64,000 bases of DNA, taken from positions 16,567 to 80,566 of the forward strand of contig JAGVWA010000002.1 of NCBI GenBank assembly GCA_018304505.1, given 5' to 3'. Source of the stretch: Nanobdellati archaeon. GTDB lineage: Archaea; B1Sed10-29; JAGVWA01. Both the position numbers and the translations under genes were made by a program. Positions 26,693 to 36,821 of this stretch are shown one piece after another (the stretch's first letter is position 1; each line of letters starts with the position of its first letter). The notes below the pieces were generated by a model. It was not told where the DNA came from and did not search any database. It worked only from the letters and a program-made list of their open reading frames with translations.

Positions 26693-27721
26693 TCCATACG
26701 GCTTTTTGATTACCTGGAAATCGAATGACACCTGGACAGTGCTTGGAGAAAACGGACGTACGATGCGCTTGTTTTTGATTTTATACGCGACTTTGTTTTT
26801 GCCGCACGCTTTTTGAATAATATGTTCTGTGTCCTCGAAAGCCGTTTGCTTGTCTGCGAAGTTGTAGAAGTGGACAGTGCCGTTGTTTTTTACGCTTTGG
26901 ATTGCAGCATCAAGGAAGTCCCCTGCGTCTTTCGGGAGTGGCATCAGGACCCTGTCAAAAACTTCGCCGAGTTTCCTGGCCTCAAGTGACACGTCTCCAA
27001 GTATCGGCTTGATTTTGTTTTGCATCCTGTTCAGCTTTATGTTATGCAGCAGGTATTCATATGACTCAGGATTCAATTCAATTGCCACTGCGGTCGCTTT
27101 TGGCTGGTGCTTTATGATGACGATTGGGAATGGCCCCACACCTGCAAAGAACGCACCGATTTTTTCACCGGGCTTCACCTGTTTCGCTATGCGCAGGCGC
27201 TCGTGGCTCAGCCTTGGAGAAAAATACGTCTTGTTGATGTCAAGCCTTAGCTGCACGCCGGACTCTTTGTATGTTGTCTCGGTTTTTCTCTCGCCCGCAA
27301 TCACCGTTGCTTTTCTGATCCTGTAGGTCCCTGAGTGGGCCCCCGCGCGCTTGCACACGGTTTTGATGTTTGGGTGCGTTTTCAAAATGGCTTCTCCGAT
27401 TTGTCTTTGTTTCTCGGCAAGAGGTTCAGGTATCTCGATTATTGCAATGTCGCCGATGACATCGAAGCTACGTATCGCGATTTCCAGTTCGCTATTTGTC
27501 AGGATGCCTCGCAGCGCTTGCTTGAGGTTTGCGGGTTTTTCTGTTTGCCGCGCGGCGCGCTTTTCAACAAGTTCGTATTCCTGTGGCTTCCTGTTAACGG
27601 GGATGTAGACGAAGCCGCCTTCTGAAAACGCGCCGTAGCTTTTTTTAAGCAAGCCTCGGGCTTTCAAGTTCTGTATCGTTTCCTGTGCCATTTTCCTGGG
27701 CACCTTTGCGCATGTAACCAT
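26675..27721 (-). CDS. trm5: tRNA (guanine37-N1)-methyltransferase Trm5 / Taw2-family class I methyltransferase
   Basis: FSPRLSHER, the SAM motif FFAGVGPFPIVI...ELNP and DRVLMPLP are characteristic of Met-10+/Trm5-like enzymes. 348 aa. Confidence 0.75.
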   Translation of the reverse strand: MVTCAKVPRKMAQETIQNLKARGLLKKSYGAFSEGGFVYIPVNRKPQEYELVEKRAARQTEKPANLKQALRGILTNSELEIAIRSFDVIGDIAIIEIPEPLAEKQRQIGEAILKTHPNIKTVCKRAGAHSGTYRIRKATVIAGERKTETTYKESGVQLRLDINKTYFSPRLSHERLRIAKQVKPGEKIGAFFAGVGPFPIVIIKHQPKATAVAIELNPESYEYLLHNIKLNRMQNKIKPILGDVSLEARKLGEVFDRVLMPLPKDAGDFLDAAIQSVKNNGTVHFYNFADKQTAFEDTEHIIQKACGKNKVAYKIKNKRIVRPFSPSTVQVSFDFQVIKKPYGLDKCS

Positions 27722-27754
27722 TAAGTTAATATTTACTCATGTAGTTTTAAAAAC

Positions 27755-28567
27755 ATGGGCTTTGTCGAGCAATATTTCATAGACCCGATGCTCTATGGCG
27801 GCGGCTATAACATAGTCAACACGCTTGTATATGCTGTTATACTCTTAGGGGCGCTGTATTTCGTAAAGAGTGGATTGGACAAATGGAAAGTTGAACTGAC
27901 CAGAGGTTTATGGAGCGACTTGCTGCTGCTGGTTTTGTTCGGCGGAATTGTCCGGGCCCTTGTAGATGCAGACATCGTTTCGAGAAATCCGCTAGTTGTA
28001 ACGCCTGGGATTTACATCTTCGTGTTCATCATTGCGGCCTTGATGATCTATCTGCAGAATCGCTACAAGGAGAAGTCAACATTGTATATCAGCCACGCTT
28101 TGCTTTTGTTGGTGGCGTTTACTGCGTTGTTTAATGGGCAGAATTGGTGGGCGCTGGTAATGATGCTGGCGCTAGCGGTCATTGTTTATGCTTTGACGGA
28201 GTTGATTTTCAGGTTTCATCCCGTCCTGAGCCGGCACATGGGGGTTTTGTCAGGCATTAACCGGCACGTGGTTTTTGCCCACGCCCTTGATTCTGTGTCC
28301 ACGTTCTTTTCAATCTCCTTTTTGTGTGTCGGGGGCTTTCGATATGCTGAGCAGCACGTGCTCCCGTCATTCCTGTTCAGCTTCGCGCCCATATGGGTCT
28401 TTATAATCATAAAAGTGGCCCTGGCTGTCGCTGCAGTTTACTACATAGACAAGGAAGTCAAGGACCACAGGTGGAACTGGCTGTTTAAGTTCACGGTCCT
28501 GGTTCTGGGATTGGGTCCCGGAACCAGAAACATCGTAAGCGCATTCCTAAATAGTGGTTTTTGTTAA
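27755..28567 (+). CDS. polytopic membrane protein (DUF63-like archaeal membrane protein)
   Basis: 270 aa, about 7 TM helices, C-terminal LGLGPGTRN motif. Confidence 0.4.
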   Translation: MGFVEQYFIDPMLYGGGYNIVNTLVYAVILLGALYFVKSGLDKWKVELTRGLWSDLLLLVLFGGIVRALVDADIVSRNPLVVTPGIYIFVFIIAALMIYLQNRYKEKSTLYISHALLLLVAFTALFNGQNWWALVMMLALAVIVYALTELIFRFHPVLSRHMGVLSGINRHVVFAHALDSVSTFFSISFLCVGGFRYAEQHVLPSFLFSFAPIWVFIIIKVALAVAAVYYIDKEVKDHRWNWLFKFTVLVLGLGPGTRNIVSAFLNSGFC

Positions 28568-28597
28568 TGCTTTTGTTACTTATGTTATAATGTGGGC

Positions 28598-28885
28598 TTA
28601 AGCCTCGACTTTTATTTCCCCGTTTCGCGGAATGTTGACCTGGATTTCTCCATTCCATTCGCGAACAAAGGCGCCGGTTATCGTAACCTTGGACCCCTGT
28701 GCCACGTTTTCACTCTGGTTGCCCCACAGCGAAACCTTTATCGAGCCGGTGTCGTCCTTCACCATAACTGTTGTCAGCGTGTTCGGGCCGTACTTGGTCT
28801 GTATCTGCCTTGGCTCTGAAACCTCTTCAACGGTTCCGGTTATGGTTACATCTCTGTCCCCTGATTTTATCTCACTTATGTTCAT
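28598..28885 (-). CDS. single OB-fold nucleic-acid-binding protein (RPA/SSB-like)
   Basis: 95 aa. DVTITGTV..VKDDTGSIKVSLWG..GSKVTITGAFVREWNGEIQVN has the alternating beta pattern of the aRPA OB fold. Confidence 0.5.
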   Translation of the reverse strand: MNISEIKSGDRDVTITGTVEEVSEPRQIQTKYGPNTLTTVMVKDDTGSIKVSLWGNQSENVAQGSKVTITGAFVREWNGEIQVNIPRNGEIKVEA

Positions 28886-28944
28886 TTTATTTACCTCTGT
28901 AAAGTCAGTGGCTTATTTATTCAAGTTGTTATATAAAAAAGGCT

Positions 28945-29535
28945 ATGAAACCCAAGCTGGTTAATTACACAAAAGAGTGCCTTGAATCCCGGAGATGGAA
29001 CGGTAATGTAGTTCAGATGCTCGTTGACGCGAGCATAACAAGCCTTGGCATGAGCTACTTCGGCGTCATTGTGCCAAAGGTGCGCGAATTCCCGCGGGCT
29101 TTTCCAGAAATAAATTCGCTAAAAGCGCTAGCAGACGCCAACACAGAGAAGCTCAGGGGGTTTTTCAAGAACAAGCGCTCATGGCATGTGGCGCAGTCGG
29201 TCGCCGCGGTGTTGATGAAGTACGGCAGTGGCGTTTCAGCACTGCGAAAATGGGCGTCACAGGCAGACCACCATTCCTGGCGCAATGACGAAATCGGGCA
29301 AATAAACGGCGTGGGCATCAACACCTTCCAGTATCTTAGGATGATGGGCGGCGTCAATACCATAATGCCAGACGGCATCGTAAAACGCTACATTGCGCGC
29401 GAATACGGGCTTGAGTGGAGCGATGACATTGACTTCATCGATAAGGTCCATGAAATGCAAGCTGGGTACTCGCCTATCGAACTCTGCTGGCTCTCCTGGC
29501 TGGTTGAGTCAAAAGAGATTGACAAGGAATTCTGA
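28945..29535 (+). CDS. hypothetical protein with a possible helix-hairpin-helix motif (GQINGVGINTFQYL)
   Basis: 196 aa ORF. The motif is only suggestive. Confidence 0.4.
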   Translation: MKPKLVNYTKECLESRRWNGNVVQMLVDASITSLGMSYFGVIVPKVREFPRAFPEINSLKALADANTEKLRGFFKNKRSWHVAQSVAAVLMKYGSGVSALRKWASQADHHSWRNDEIGQINGVGINTFQYLRMMGGVNTIMPDGIVKRYIAREYGLEWSDDIDFIDKVHEMQAGYSPIELCWLSWLVESKEIDKEF

Positions 29536-29617
29536 ATTATTCGTAGATATTTTTCCCGTGCCCAGCGAATAATGAAAAGAAAAAAATAAAGAAAAAGAAA
29601 GGAAAAAGGAAAATGAG

Positions 29618-29860
29618 TTATATTTCCTTTATCCATTTTGCGAGGAACTCGCGTAGTTCTGAGTCTTCTGCTGGAAATCCGAGCCCGCCCTTGTATCGCT
29701 TGCTGTCGGCCTTATTGTAGAAGCCCTTGCTGATGGAGATGAATTCCGGAACATCGTCCCCTTCCTTGACTTCGCTTGCTGGTACTCGTTTTCTTGCAAC
29801 TTCGATGAAGTTGTTTCCGTATTTGTACTCTTCTGCTTTGATTGTTTCAAATTCTGGCAT
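29618..29860 (-). CDS. small conserved hypothetical protein (80 aa)
   Basis: FIEVARKRV..EFISISKGFYNKADSKRYKGGLGFP. Pattern reminiscent of the small PC4/YdbC-like ssDNA-binding fold, but unverified. Confidence 0.4.
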   Translation of the reverse strand: MPEFETIKAEEYKYGNNFIEVARKRVPASEVKEGDDVPEFISISKGFYNKADSKRYKGGLGFPAEDSELREFLAKWIKEI

Positions 29861-29951
29861 GCCTTATTCCTCCGTTGTTTCCACTCGAGTGTGTGGTTGT
29901 GCTTAGTTTCTGGGCAATGTGCTATATATATCTTGCCTTAAAGGTATAGAC

Positions 29952-31085
29952 ATGGCCAGATATGCGTTTGTTTTCGGAAAGAATTGGCAACTCAGCCTAG
30001 CCGAGCTTTTGAGCTACTTTCAGCATCATGGGATCGGATGGGGATTTGTTGACTTGTCGAAAAAAGCGCTAATGGTGGACCTTGAAGCGCTGAGGAAGGA
30101 CATGGTGCACGAGCTCGGCGGGACCTTGCGGATCGTCAGGATTGAAAAGGAGTTCACGGCAGATCAAATCCCGCACATCGATTTCGGCGGCGGTGTTGAT
30201 GACTACCTCAGCGTGCATGGAAGCTACAACATTGTCAAGGTCGCGCGCAAGGTTTTTAACAGGATCCCGAAAGACGCCATGTTGAGCACTGCGGATTTGG
30301 CGAAAAAGGACATTCGCGAGGTGAACATTGTCTACGGTTTGAAGAAACTGTACTACGGCCCAACGGTGCAGTTCAGCGATCCATTCTATTATAAGGAGTT
30401 GGATTTGAAAAAGCCAGTGACGCGACCCGAACTCGGAATATCGCCGTCTAGGGCGCAGATTCTCTTAAACCTTGCACACTCGGAGGAAAATGTTCTGGAT
30501 CCATTCTGCGGAATCGGTACTATTGGGATAATGGGTTTTGGCAAGGTCGATAGGATATACTTGTCTGACAATGACAAAAACATTGTCAAGGATGCGCGAA
30601 GAAACATGGAGTGGGTCAAGAAACGTACAAATGCAAGCGCAACGGCAAAAACCAAATTCGAAACAAAGCCCATTGATGCACGTGTCTTGCATGAGGCCTT
30701 TCCAGAGAATTCGATGCAAAGCGTGGCGACAGAGCCCGATCTTGGGCCGAAAATGAGGTTCAGGCCGGACAAAAGCGACGCGCAGAAGATCCTGAGTTAT
30801 CTGCACCATACGTATCAGAAGTTTTTCCAGAACGTGCACAAGATAATGAAACCAGGAGCCCTCGTTGCCATCGTGTTCCCGGCCATCAACTCAAAGGCGG
30901 GCAAGGTCTTTATGAACAAGAAGTATGAAGGCTTCCGCTTCACGGATTTGTACGATGGAATTCCGCAGCACTACCGCGATGAGTTGAAGCTGCACAAGAA
31001 CTTTGTTCTTGATGAAGAGCGAGAAAAAGGCAAGTCTAGGGTCACGATAAGGGAATTTGCCGTTTACAGGGTCAAGAAGCATTAA
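29952..31085 (+). CDS. SAM-dependent RNA methyltransferase, Trm11/TrmG10-like (putative tRNA guanine-N2 methyltransferase)
   Basis: N-terminus MARYAFVFGKNWQLSLAELLSYF resembles the Trm11-family start. SAM motif I LDPFCGIGTIG. NPPY-like motif IV variant ATEPDLG. The track start 29919 is GTG; the first ATG is at 29952. Confidence 0.55.
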   Translation: MARYAFVFGKNWQLSLAELLSYFQHHGIGWGFVDLSKKALMVDLEALRKDMVHELGGTLRIVRIEKEFTADQIPHIDFGGGVDDYLSVHGSYNIVKVARKVFNRIPKDAMLSTADLAKKDIREVNIVYGLKKLYYGPTVQFSDPFYYKELDLKKPVTRPELGISPSRAQILLNLAHSEENVLDPFCGIGTIGIMGFGKVDRIYLSDNDKNIVKDARRNMEWVKKRTNASATAKTKFETKPIDARVLHEAFPENSMQSVATEPDLGPKMRFRPDKSDAQKILSYLHHTYQKFFQNVHKIMKPGALVAIVFPAINSKAGKVFMNKKYEGFRFTDLYDGIPQHYRDELKLHKNFVLDEEREKGKSRVTIREFAVYRVKKH

Positions 31086-31177
31086 GCATTAGCGCTACTT
31101 TTAAATACCAGGTTGTGCAGAATTGCTCATTGTGCAACATAGAATTTGCAAAACAACTTGGAATGGGTGATTGATTA

Positions 31178-31534
31178 ATGTGGACAATTGAACGTGCACA
31201 GCAGGAATTTGAACAGGCTAAGGGGATCATGGCCAGCCGCGGCAGTGAGGTGCCACTTGCACCCCTAATAGAGGCTAAAATGCAGGCTGTGGGAGATTAC
31301 AGGTTTGGCAGAGACTACTACAACGCTTTGCTGCACTTAAAGATCGCATGCAGTGACCTCAGCTACTCAGCGAGGCAGGTACAAGAATCAAATGACGATG
31401 GTGTTGTCAGGGATCACTTAATTAGGGCTCGTGACGAACTTGCAGATGAGGCAAAGGACATCATTTGTGAGGCAACATCAGAGCTCGCGTCGTTGAATAA
31501 TCAGATCCAGCAGCCAGACGTGATTTCCGATTAA
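31178..31534 (+). CDS. hypothetical protein (118 aa)
   Basis: Helical. No recognisable motif. Confidence 0.4.
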   Translation: MWTIERAQQEFEQAKGIMASRGSEVPLAPLIEAKMQAVGDYRFGRDYYNALLHLKIACSDLSYSARQVQESNDDGVVRDHLIRARDELADEAKDIICEATSELASLNNQIQQPDVISD

Positions 31535-32811
31535 GAAATGACGTATTGTTCAAGCACCGCTTTTTCCTTCAACACGTCATTGCCCGTGATGATTTTGGCT
31601 TTCTTCACAGGCCCTGACAAGTGGCTGGGCGTGGGCGTCAAAAGCAACTCAGAAATGAGGTCTTCGATCTTTTGCTTGTCGCGTTTTTTCCACGCGAACA
31701 GCACTTCATTTTCGAGCCAGTAGTTTGGGTTCCTTGCAATGAAATTCTTGACGTGCTCGTCGTCAAAAACCCGCGGTCCGCGGTGCTTCTTGAACTTGCT
31801 CAGTTTTGTTGTGTCTGTTTCGAGAACAACCCAGCAGTTCTTTTGCTCGTCTGTGTAGTGGAAGTTTCTGTAGACCCTGAAGTCCTGGATTTCAAGTTGC
31901 TTGGCAAAGTACCCTGATAAGCGCTCTAGCTGCCCCCATACGATTTCCTCAATAACGCCCGTTGGATAACTGAACTTCACGATCGTAATGTGCCTTCCGG
32001 CTAGTGCTTTTTTCAAATCTATTTTTTCCGGTTTCCTGAAAAAGAATTCAATATTCTGGTTTTTCATGAATTGTTGCGACATCATGACGAATTTGGCCAG
32101 GCTCTGCATTGACACTGCGGAGGCCATGTTGCGTTCCTTGTCGACAGGGTCGATAACAACCAGGGGTTCGTTTTCGAATTTAAGATAGCGGTCGCGCGTT
32201 TTCTCGTGGTCAATGATGACCTTTGATTTCCAGCCCTGTGCAGCTGTAATGACGTTAAGGAAGCTGCCATAATGAAGAACGAGAACTTCGCAAAGAACGC
32301 CTGAGAAGCCGTGCGTTTTCGTGTTGGCGCCGTAGAGGTTGTTGTTGCGCAGGAACTGTTTCAGTAGGAGGACATCGTCGCGCTTCTTAGCGATTTTGTC
32401 TTTTAAGTATTCGTCGTGCAATGGAGATCGGTCGACGGCAGAGATGATCTTGTCTTTCATGTGATAGCAAGGCACGATCTCCACGTCCAGGCCTTCAACA
32501 TTGCCCTTGACGTACGGGTGCTCTGCATAATGCACCGTGGGATTGTGCTTTTTCAAGACCCGTTTTCCGAGCTGTATTGACTTGGCCTCGAACTCATTCC
32601 TTGCCATGGTTTCCGGGAAGTACACGAAAATGTCCAGGTCGCGCGAGCCTGAAATGAATGTTCCACGGGACCGTGAGCCCACGACGACTGGCTCAAAGCC
32701 CTCTAGCAGAATGCCGCTGCACAGCAGGTCGCTTATCTGCCGAGCTTTTTCGACCTCAGTGGCTTTTGGGCGTATCTTTTTCAAAACTTCCTCGAACAGT
32801 GTTGACATCAT
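31531..32811 (-). CDS. cca: CCA-adding enzyme (archaeal class I tRNA nucleotidyltransferase)
   Basis: GSRSRGTFISGSRDLDIFVYF matches the archaeal CCA head motif GSxxRGTxxxGSSDIDIFV. 426 aa. Confidence 0.88.
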   Translation of the reverse strand: MMSTLFEEVLKKIRPKATEVEKARQISDLLCSGILLEGFEPVVVGSRSRGTFISGSRDLDIFVYFPETMARNEFEAKSIQLGKRVLKKHNPTVHYAEHPYVKGNVEGLDVEIVPCYHMKDKIISAVDRSPLHDEYLKDKIAKKRDDVLLLKQFLRNNNLYGANTKTHGFSGVLCEVLVLHYGSFLNVITAAQGWKSKVIIDHEKTRDRYLKFENEPLVVIDPVDKERNMASAVSMQSLAKFVMMSQQFMKNQNIEFFFRKPEKIDLKKALAGRHITIVKFSYPTGVIEEIVWGQLERLSGYFAKQLEIQDFRVYRNFHYTDEQKNCWVVLETDTTKLSKFKKHRGPRVFDDEHVKNFIARNPNYWLENEVLFAWKKRDKQKIEDLISELLLTPTPSHLSGPVKKAKIITGNDVLKEKAVLEQYVIS

Positions 32812-32842
32812 TATTTATATGTGTGGCTGATTTATATAAAGT

Positions 32843-34381
32843 ATGGGGCAACCTGGGAAGTTGGCTGAAGAACGCAGCAATGCGAAGATTTTTTCGGGTG
32901 AGCCGTGGAATTTTTATTATATAACGAAACCACATTTGAGCGATGATGAGCGCGAATTCATTGCGCTGATCGAGGAATCGGTTCTTGCTGATTACACAGC
33001 CCATGATCTGGAAATCATGATGCTTAAGGACAAGAAGCGTGAGAAGTTCATCGAGAAGGTCAATGATCTTTTGAGGGGTCTGCGGGAAAAAGTGGGTGTG
33101 TTTTCGGGCTCTGAGGAGGACAGGCAGCTCATTATCGAGAAGGTTAGCGATTTCATCGGCAAGCATGCGCCTTTTGTCGAGCAAAGGGATTACGTTGTCG
33201 GGGCAATCGTGAAGGACATGGTGGGGCTTGGCAGGCTAAGTGACCTCTTGGAAGACGGGTATCTTGAGGAAATAATGGTAAACGGGCCTGCGAAAAAGGT
33301 TTTTGTCTATGACAGGACCCACGGGCTGTGCGAAACGAACGTTGAGTTTGAAGACGACGCGCAAATCCAATTTCTAGTAAAGAAAATTTCTGATTACGTT
33401 AAGAAAGATGTGTCAACAGAACAGCCGCTTATCGACGCGCGCCTGCCTGATGGCTCACGAGTCAACGCGACAATTCCACCAGCATCCCCCAAGGGCACGT
33501 CAATTACTATCCGGAAGTTCAGAAAGAAACCGATAACTATAACTGAACTGATCGCCAGCGGGACACTAACGAGCGACTTGGCCGCGTTTTTCTGGATGGC
33601 CATCGAGGGGCTGCATGTTTACCCTGCGAATTTCGTCATCGCCGGCGGCACGGGAAGTGGCAAGACCAGCACGATGAATGCGCTTTCCGTGTTCATCCCG
33701 CCGCATGAGCGCCTTGTCACGATTGAGGACACGCTTGAGTTGAATTTGTATGATCGGGAAAACTGGATACAGCTAGAGGCCAGGCCGGGAATAGGCGCGA
33801 AACCGCTTGAAATGAATGACCTCTTAGTGAATTCGCTGCGCATGAGGCCCGATAGGGTTTTGGTTGGTGAAGTCAGGGGCCCGGAGGCCAACACCATGTT
33901 CATCGCAATGGACACTGGCCATCAGGGGGTCATGTCGACATTGCATGCAAACACGGGCCGTGAAACAATTCTCAGGCTGCAGAGCGCGCCCATGAGTGTG
34001 CCAAATGCCCTGTTCAGTTTGCTCGACCTGGTGGTTGTGCAGCACAGGATGTATCATCCGAAAAAGGGGCTTGTGAGGAAGGTCGTCGAGGTTTCGGAAG
34101 CCAGCGTGATGGAGGACAAGGTCCTGCTTTCAAACCTCTACAACTACGACCGCGATGCTGACGCAATAAAGCGAAGCAGCCTCCCGTCTAGGTATTTTGA
34201 ACGCCTTTCATATTACACCGGCCTGAGCATCAACGATGTCAGGGATGAGCACACCGCGCGCAAGCTGGTTCTGGATTACCTTGTTAAGAAAAAAATATTT
34301 GACTACCAAACGATCAGGCAGATGGCGTTCGATTACTATTCTGACCCAGAGAAGGTCATCAAGAAAATTGGCACAGCCTAA
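32843..34381 (+). CDS. FlaI/PilB/VirB11-family secretion ATPase (archaeal type IV filament assembly ATPase), copy 1
   Basis: Walker A GGTGSGKTST, Asp/His boxes (VGEVRG..., TLHAN). Overall similar to the ATPase at 51163. No TadC/FlaJ partner is adjacent. Confidence 0.85.
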   Translation: MGQPGKLAEERSNAKIFSGEPWNFYYITKPHLSDDEREFIALIEESVLADYTAHDLEIMMLKDKKREKFIEKVNDLLRGLREKVGVFSGSEEDRQLIIEKVSDFIGKHAPFVEQRDYVVGAIVKDMVGLGRLSDLLEDGYLEEIMVNGPAKKVFVYDRTHGLCETNVEFEDDAQIQFLVKKISDYVKKDVSTEQPLIDARLPDGSRVNATIPPASPKGTSITIRKFRKKPITITELIASGTLTSDLAAFFWMAIEGLHVYPANFVIAGGTGSGKTSTMNALSVFIPPHERLVTIEDTLELNLYDRENWIQLEARPGIGAKPLEMNDLLVNSLRMRPDRVLVGEVRGPEANTMFIAMDTGHQGVMSTLHANTGRETILRLQSAPMSVPNALFSLLDLVVVQHRMYHPKKGLVRKVVEVSEASVMEDKVLLSNLYNYDRDADAIKRSSLPSRYFERLSYYTGLSINDVRDEHTARKLVLDYLVKKKIFDYQTIRQMAFDYYSDPEKVIKKIGTA

Positions 34382-36225
34382 CCCGCAGGGGCATTGTCGC
34401 CCTGTACTACAACAGCCGTTATGCGCACCTCTGTTTCTTTGCCGTCAAGCGTGTCCCAGTAATCGATCTGCAGCCCGGGTGTTCTGGTGATGCCGTGGCA
34501 TATGCCATCTGCAATGCCGAGCATTTCTATCTGCGCTTCCTCATAGGTGAAATTCTGAACAGGGCAGTGAACGCTGACGATCTTTGCAGGAAACAGGAGG
34601 TTCCATGAAATAATCATTACCGCGATAAGCAGCGGCACTGCGATTGCAACGGCTATCTTGTGCTTCGAGAGCTTGCCCATCACGGTTTCCGGTTTTTCTT
34701 CCTCCTCAAGTTCCATGACCTCTTCGCCCTCAAGCCGCAGGATGTTCTTTTCGTACAGCTTCTCGATCGCGCTTTCAATCAGTTCGGTCGACATTTTCAA
34801 GTCAAGTGAGGATTCGCGCAGGTTGATGCGGCCCTTGTTTTTTATCACATAGTTTAGGATGTCTGTAAGGAACGGCGTCGGCGCAGTGTCTTGAAGGATC
34901 ACGAACGTCTTGTTCATGTCCAGGCGTTGGAGTTTCTTTTTTGGCTTTCGGGTATAGTGTTCTATGAACCGCTGTACGGCCAAGTTGTTGGTTGCCTGGA
35001 AACCAAGAAGAATCAACAGTGTCACCGACACGATGATGAAGTAATTCAAAAATGGATTTTTGGGTTTTTCGGAAAACACGAAAGCCGTGGCCTTGAAGTA
35101 ATTATTGACTGATGAGTTATCGTTTGGCAGCGTGTGCACTTCAGGTATTGGCTCTTCGTATATTATTTCCCTTCTGCCGATGCTTATGTCTGCTGCTGAT
35201 GCCGCTGAGATGTCTACCCACCCTTCTTCTAAGCCCCTGAACACCCTGATCCAACCAGTTGTTTTGTTTGATACGTCAGTGCCGATCATTACCCTGCAGG
35301 GTAGCAGTGCGCTGATGCACAGAGCTTTTACAACCGCGATTTGTTCATTTGATATTAGTTCTTTGCCAATCAGATTTATTGTTGTAAAGTTTTCAAGAAT
35401 ATCCCCTCCTGCTGTGGCGTAGTCCAGCCTCAATCTGTCCCGCAGTGTAAAGAATCTTGTCAGGATGTTGATTCTGCGCACGTCCAACGGGGGGACGGTG
35501 CCGTTGATTATGAACAGCGGGTCCCTGAAAAGGCCGGTGAACTCTGTCGGGAATTCCTCAGAGGCTTTCTTTTGCACATTGAACGGAAAGAAGCGCAGGA
35601 AATGTTCCTCTTTTTGGCCTGGTGCGAGGGTCTTGCTTATAGCGAATTTTTTCTCTGGCAGCCTGATGAAGTTTTGGGGGGGTTGTTCCAGGCCCCCGGA
35701 AAAGAGCACTGCGATGGTCGGACCTTGGGTGTCTTCTGGCATTACTATCAGGTATGTGTTGCGCTCTTCGTCATACTCCTTTGGGCTGAAAACGGTTATA
35801 GCACCGCTGATTTTTTTGATTGTGTATTCAATTGTTATGTTTATCGGCGCAGTGTTTCGGTTTTCAAGTTTGATATTGCTTTCAATGTATTCGTCCGCGA
35901 TGGTCAATTCCCTGATCAGCTCTGCCTTGTCGGTCAGGTCCCGATTTGTCAAAACATACGCATCTTCGCCTGTTTTTGGAACATCAAGATCGAACTCGAG
36001 TGGCTTTGAAAGCTCTGTGCCGTCAACTGTTACGCGCGGGCTCAGTGTAATCAGGTAAGTACCGGACACGCGCGAGAATTCCGTGGCATTGATCGGCAGG
36101 TGCATGGCGTAATTTTCGCTGTACAGCACGTAATCCTCGTTGTACTTGTTAAAGTAGTCGATCGCCATTGCGGGCGTAAGCATCAGCGTGATGATCAACA
36201 GTATGTACAGGTTTTTCTTTTTCAT
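34378..36225 (-). CDS. large bitopic membrane protein: signal peptide, ~380-aa extracellular domain, TM, ~180-aa cytoplasmic tail, second TM (hypothetical)
   Basis: MKKKNLYILLIITLMLTPAMA signal. TM at FLNYFIIVSVTLLILLGF and near the C-terminus IAVAIAVPLLIAVMIISW. Convergent with and overlapping the ATPase stop. Confidence 0.5.
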   Translation of the reverse strand: MKKKNLYILLIITLMLTPAMAIDYFNKYNEDYVLYSENYAMHLPINATEFSRVSGTYLITLSPRVTVDGTELSKPLEFDLDVPKTGEDAYVLTNRDLTDKAELIRELTIADEYIESNIKLENRNTAPINITIEYTIKKISGAITVFSPKEYDEERNTYLIVMPEDTQGPTIAVLFSGGLEQPPQNFIRLPEKKFAISKTLAPGQKEEHFLRFFPFNVQKKASEEFPTEFTGLFRDPLFIINGTVPPLDVRRINILTRFFTLRDRLRLDYATAGGDILENFTTINLIGKELISNEQIAVVKALCISALLPCRVMIGTDVSNKTTGWIRVFRGLEEGWVDISAASAADISIGRREIIYEEPIPEVHTLPNDNSSVNNYFKATAFVFSEKPKNPFLNYFIIVSVTLLILLGFQATNNLAVQRFIEHYTRKPKKKLQRLDMNKTFVILQDTAPTPFLTDILNYVIKNKGRINLRESSLDLKMSTELIESAIEKLYEKNILRLEGEEVMELEEEEKPETVMGKLSKHKIAVAIAVPLLIAVMIISWNLLFPAKIVSVHCPVQNFTYEEAQIEMLGIADGICHGITRTPGLQIDYWDTLDGKETEVRITAVVVQGDNAPAG

Positions 36226-36755
36226 TTGAGTTCAACTTCATGAATCGTTTCATACAAGGGGCCTTGTTCGGTGAGGGTGCTTTTAATGAGCTCTATTTTC
36301 ATAACACGCACGTCTCTATTATATTCTTTGTTCAGCACATCATGCACTTCCTCAGGGGGCCTTCCCTTGGCGCGCGCCAGGGTTATGTGCGGCTTGTACC
36401 CCTGTTCCTTCATAAACCCGAGTCCAGCAAGCTTTTCCTCAAGGTGGCTGTGTAGCTTCATCAATGGCTCTGATTCAACGCCAAGCCAAACCACGCGTAT
36501 GAATTTTTTGTCCGGAAAAACCCCTAGGTTGCTGAGGCGCAGGTCAAAAGCGTTAGTCTCGGCGCTTGCCGCGATTTCGTCAAGAATACTCTTTATCTGC
36601 CCGGCCTGCTCTTCATCTATGTCGCCGAGGAATTTCAGGTTCAGGTGCATGACTTCTGGTTTCACTAGCCGCAGCTCCTTGAATTTCCCCAGCTTGTCGA
36701 TTATTTCGAGCAGTCCCTTGTCAGCCTTGATTCTTATGCCGATGAAAGCCCTCAT
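36222..36755 (-). CDS. thpR: RNA 2',3'-cyclic phosphodiesterase ThpR/LigT (2H phosphoesterase)
   Basis: MRAFIGIRI..., first motif HLNLKFLG (H-x-N-x variant of H-x-T/S-x), second motif HITLAR. 177 aa. Confidence 0.75.
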   Translation of the reverse strand: MRAFIGIRIKADKGLLEIIDKLGKFKELRLVKPEVMHLNLKFLGDIDEEQAGQIKSILDEIAASAETNAFDLRLSNLGVFPDKKFIRVVWLGVESEPLMKLHSHLEEKLAGLGFMKEQGYKPHITLARAKGRPPEEVHDVLNKEYNRDVRVMKIELIKSTLTEQGPLYETIHEVELK

Positions 36756-36821
36756 GGGTATATGAAGAACCGCGGCTTTTAATTCCTTTTGCTCATTTCT
36801 CGGTCCATTCTGCTTTGGCTG

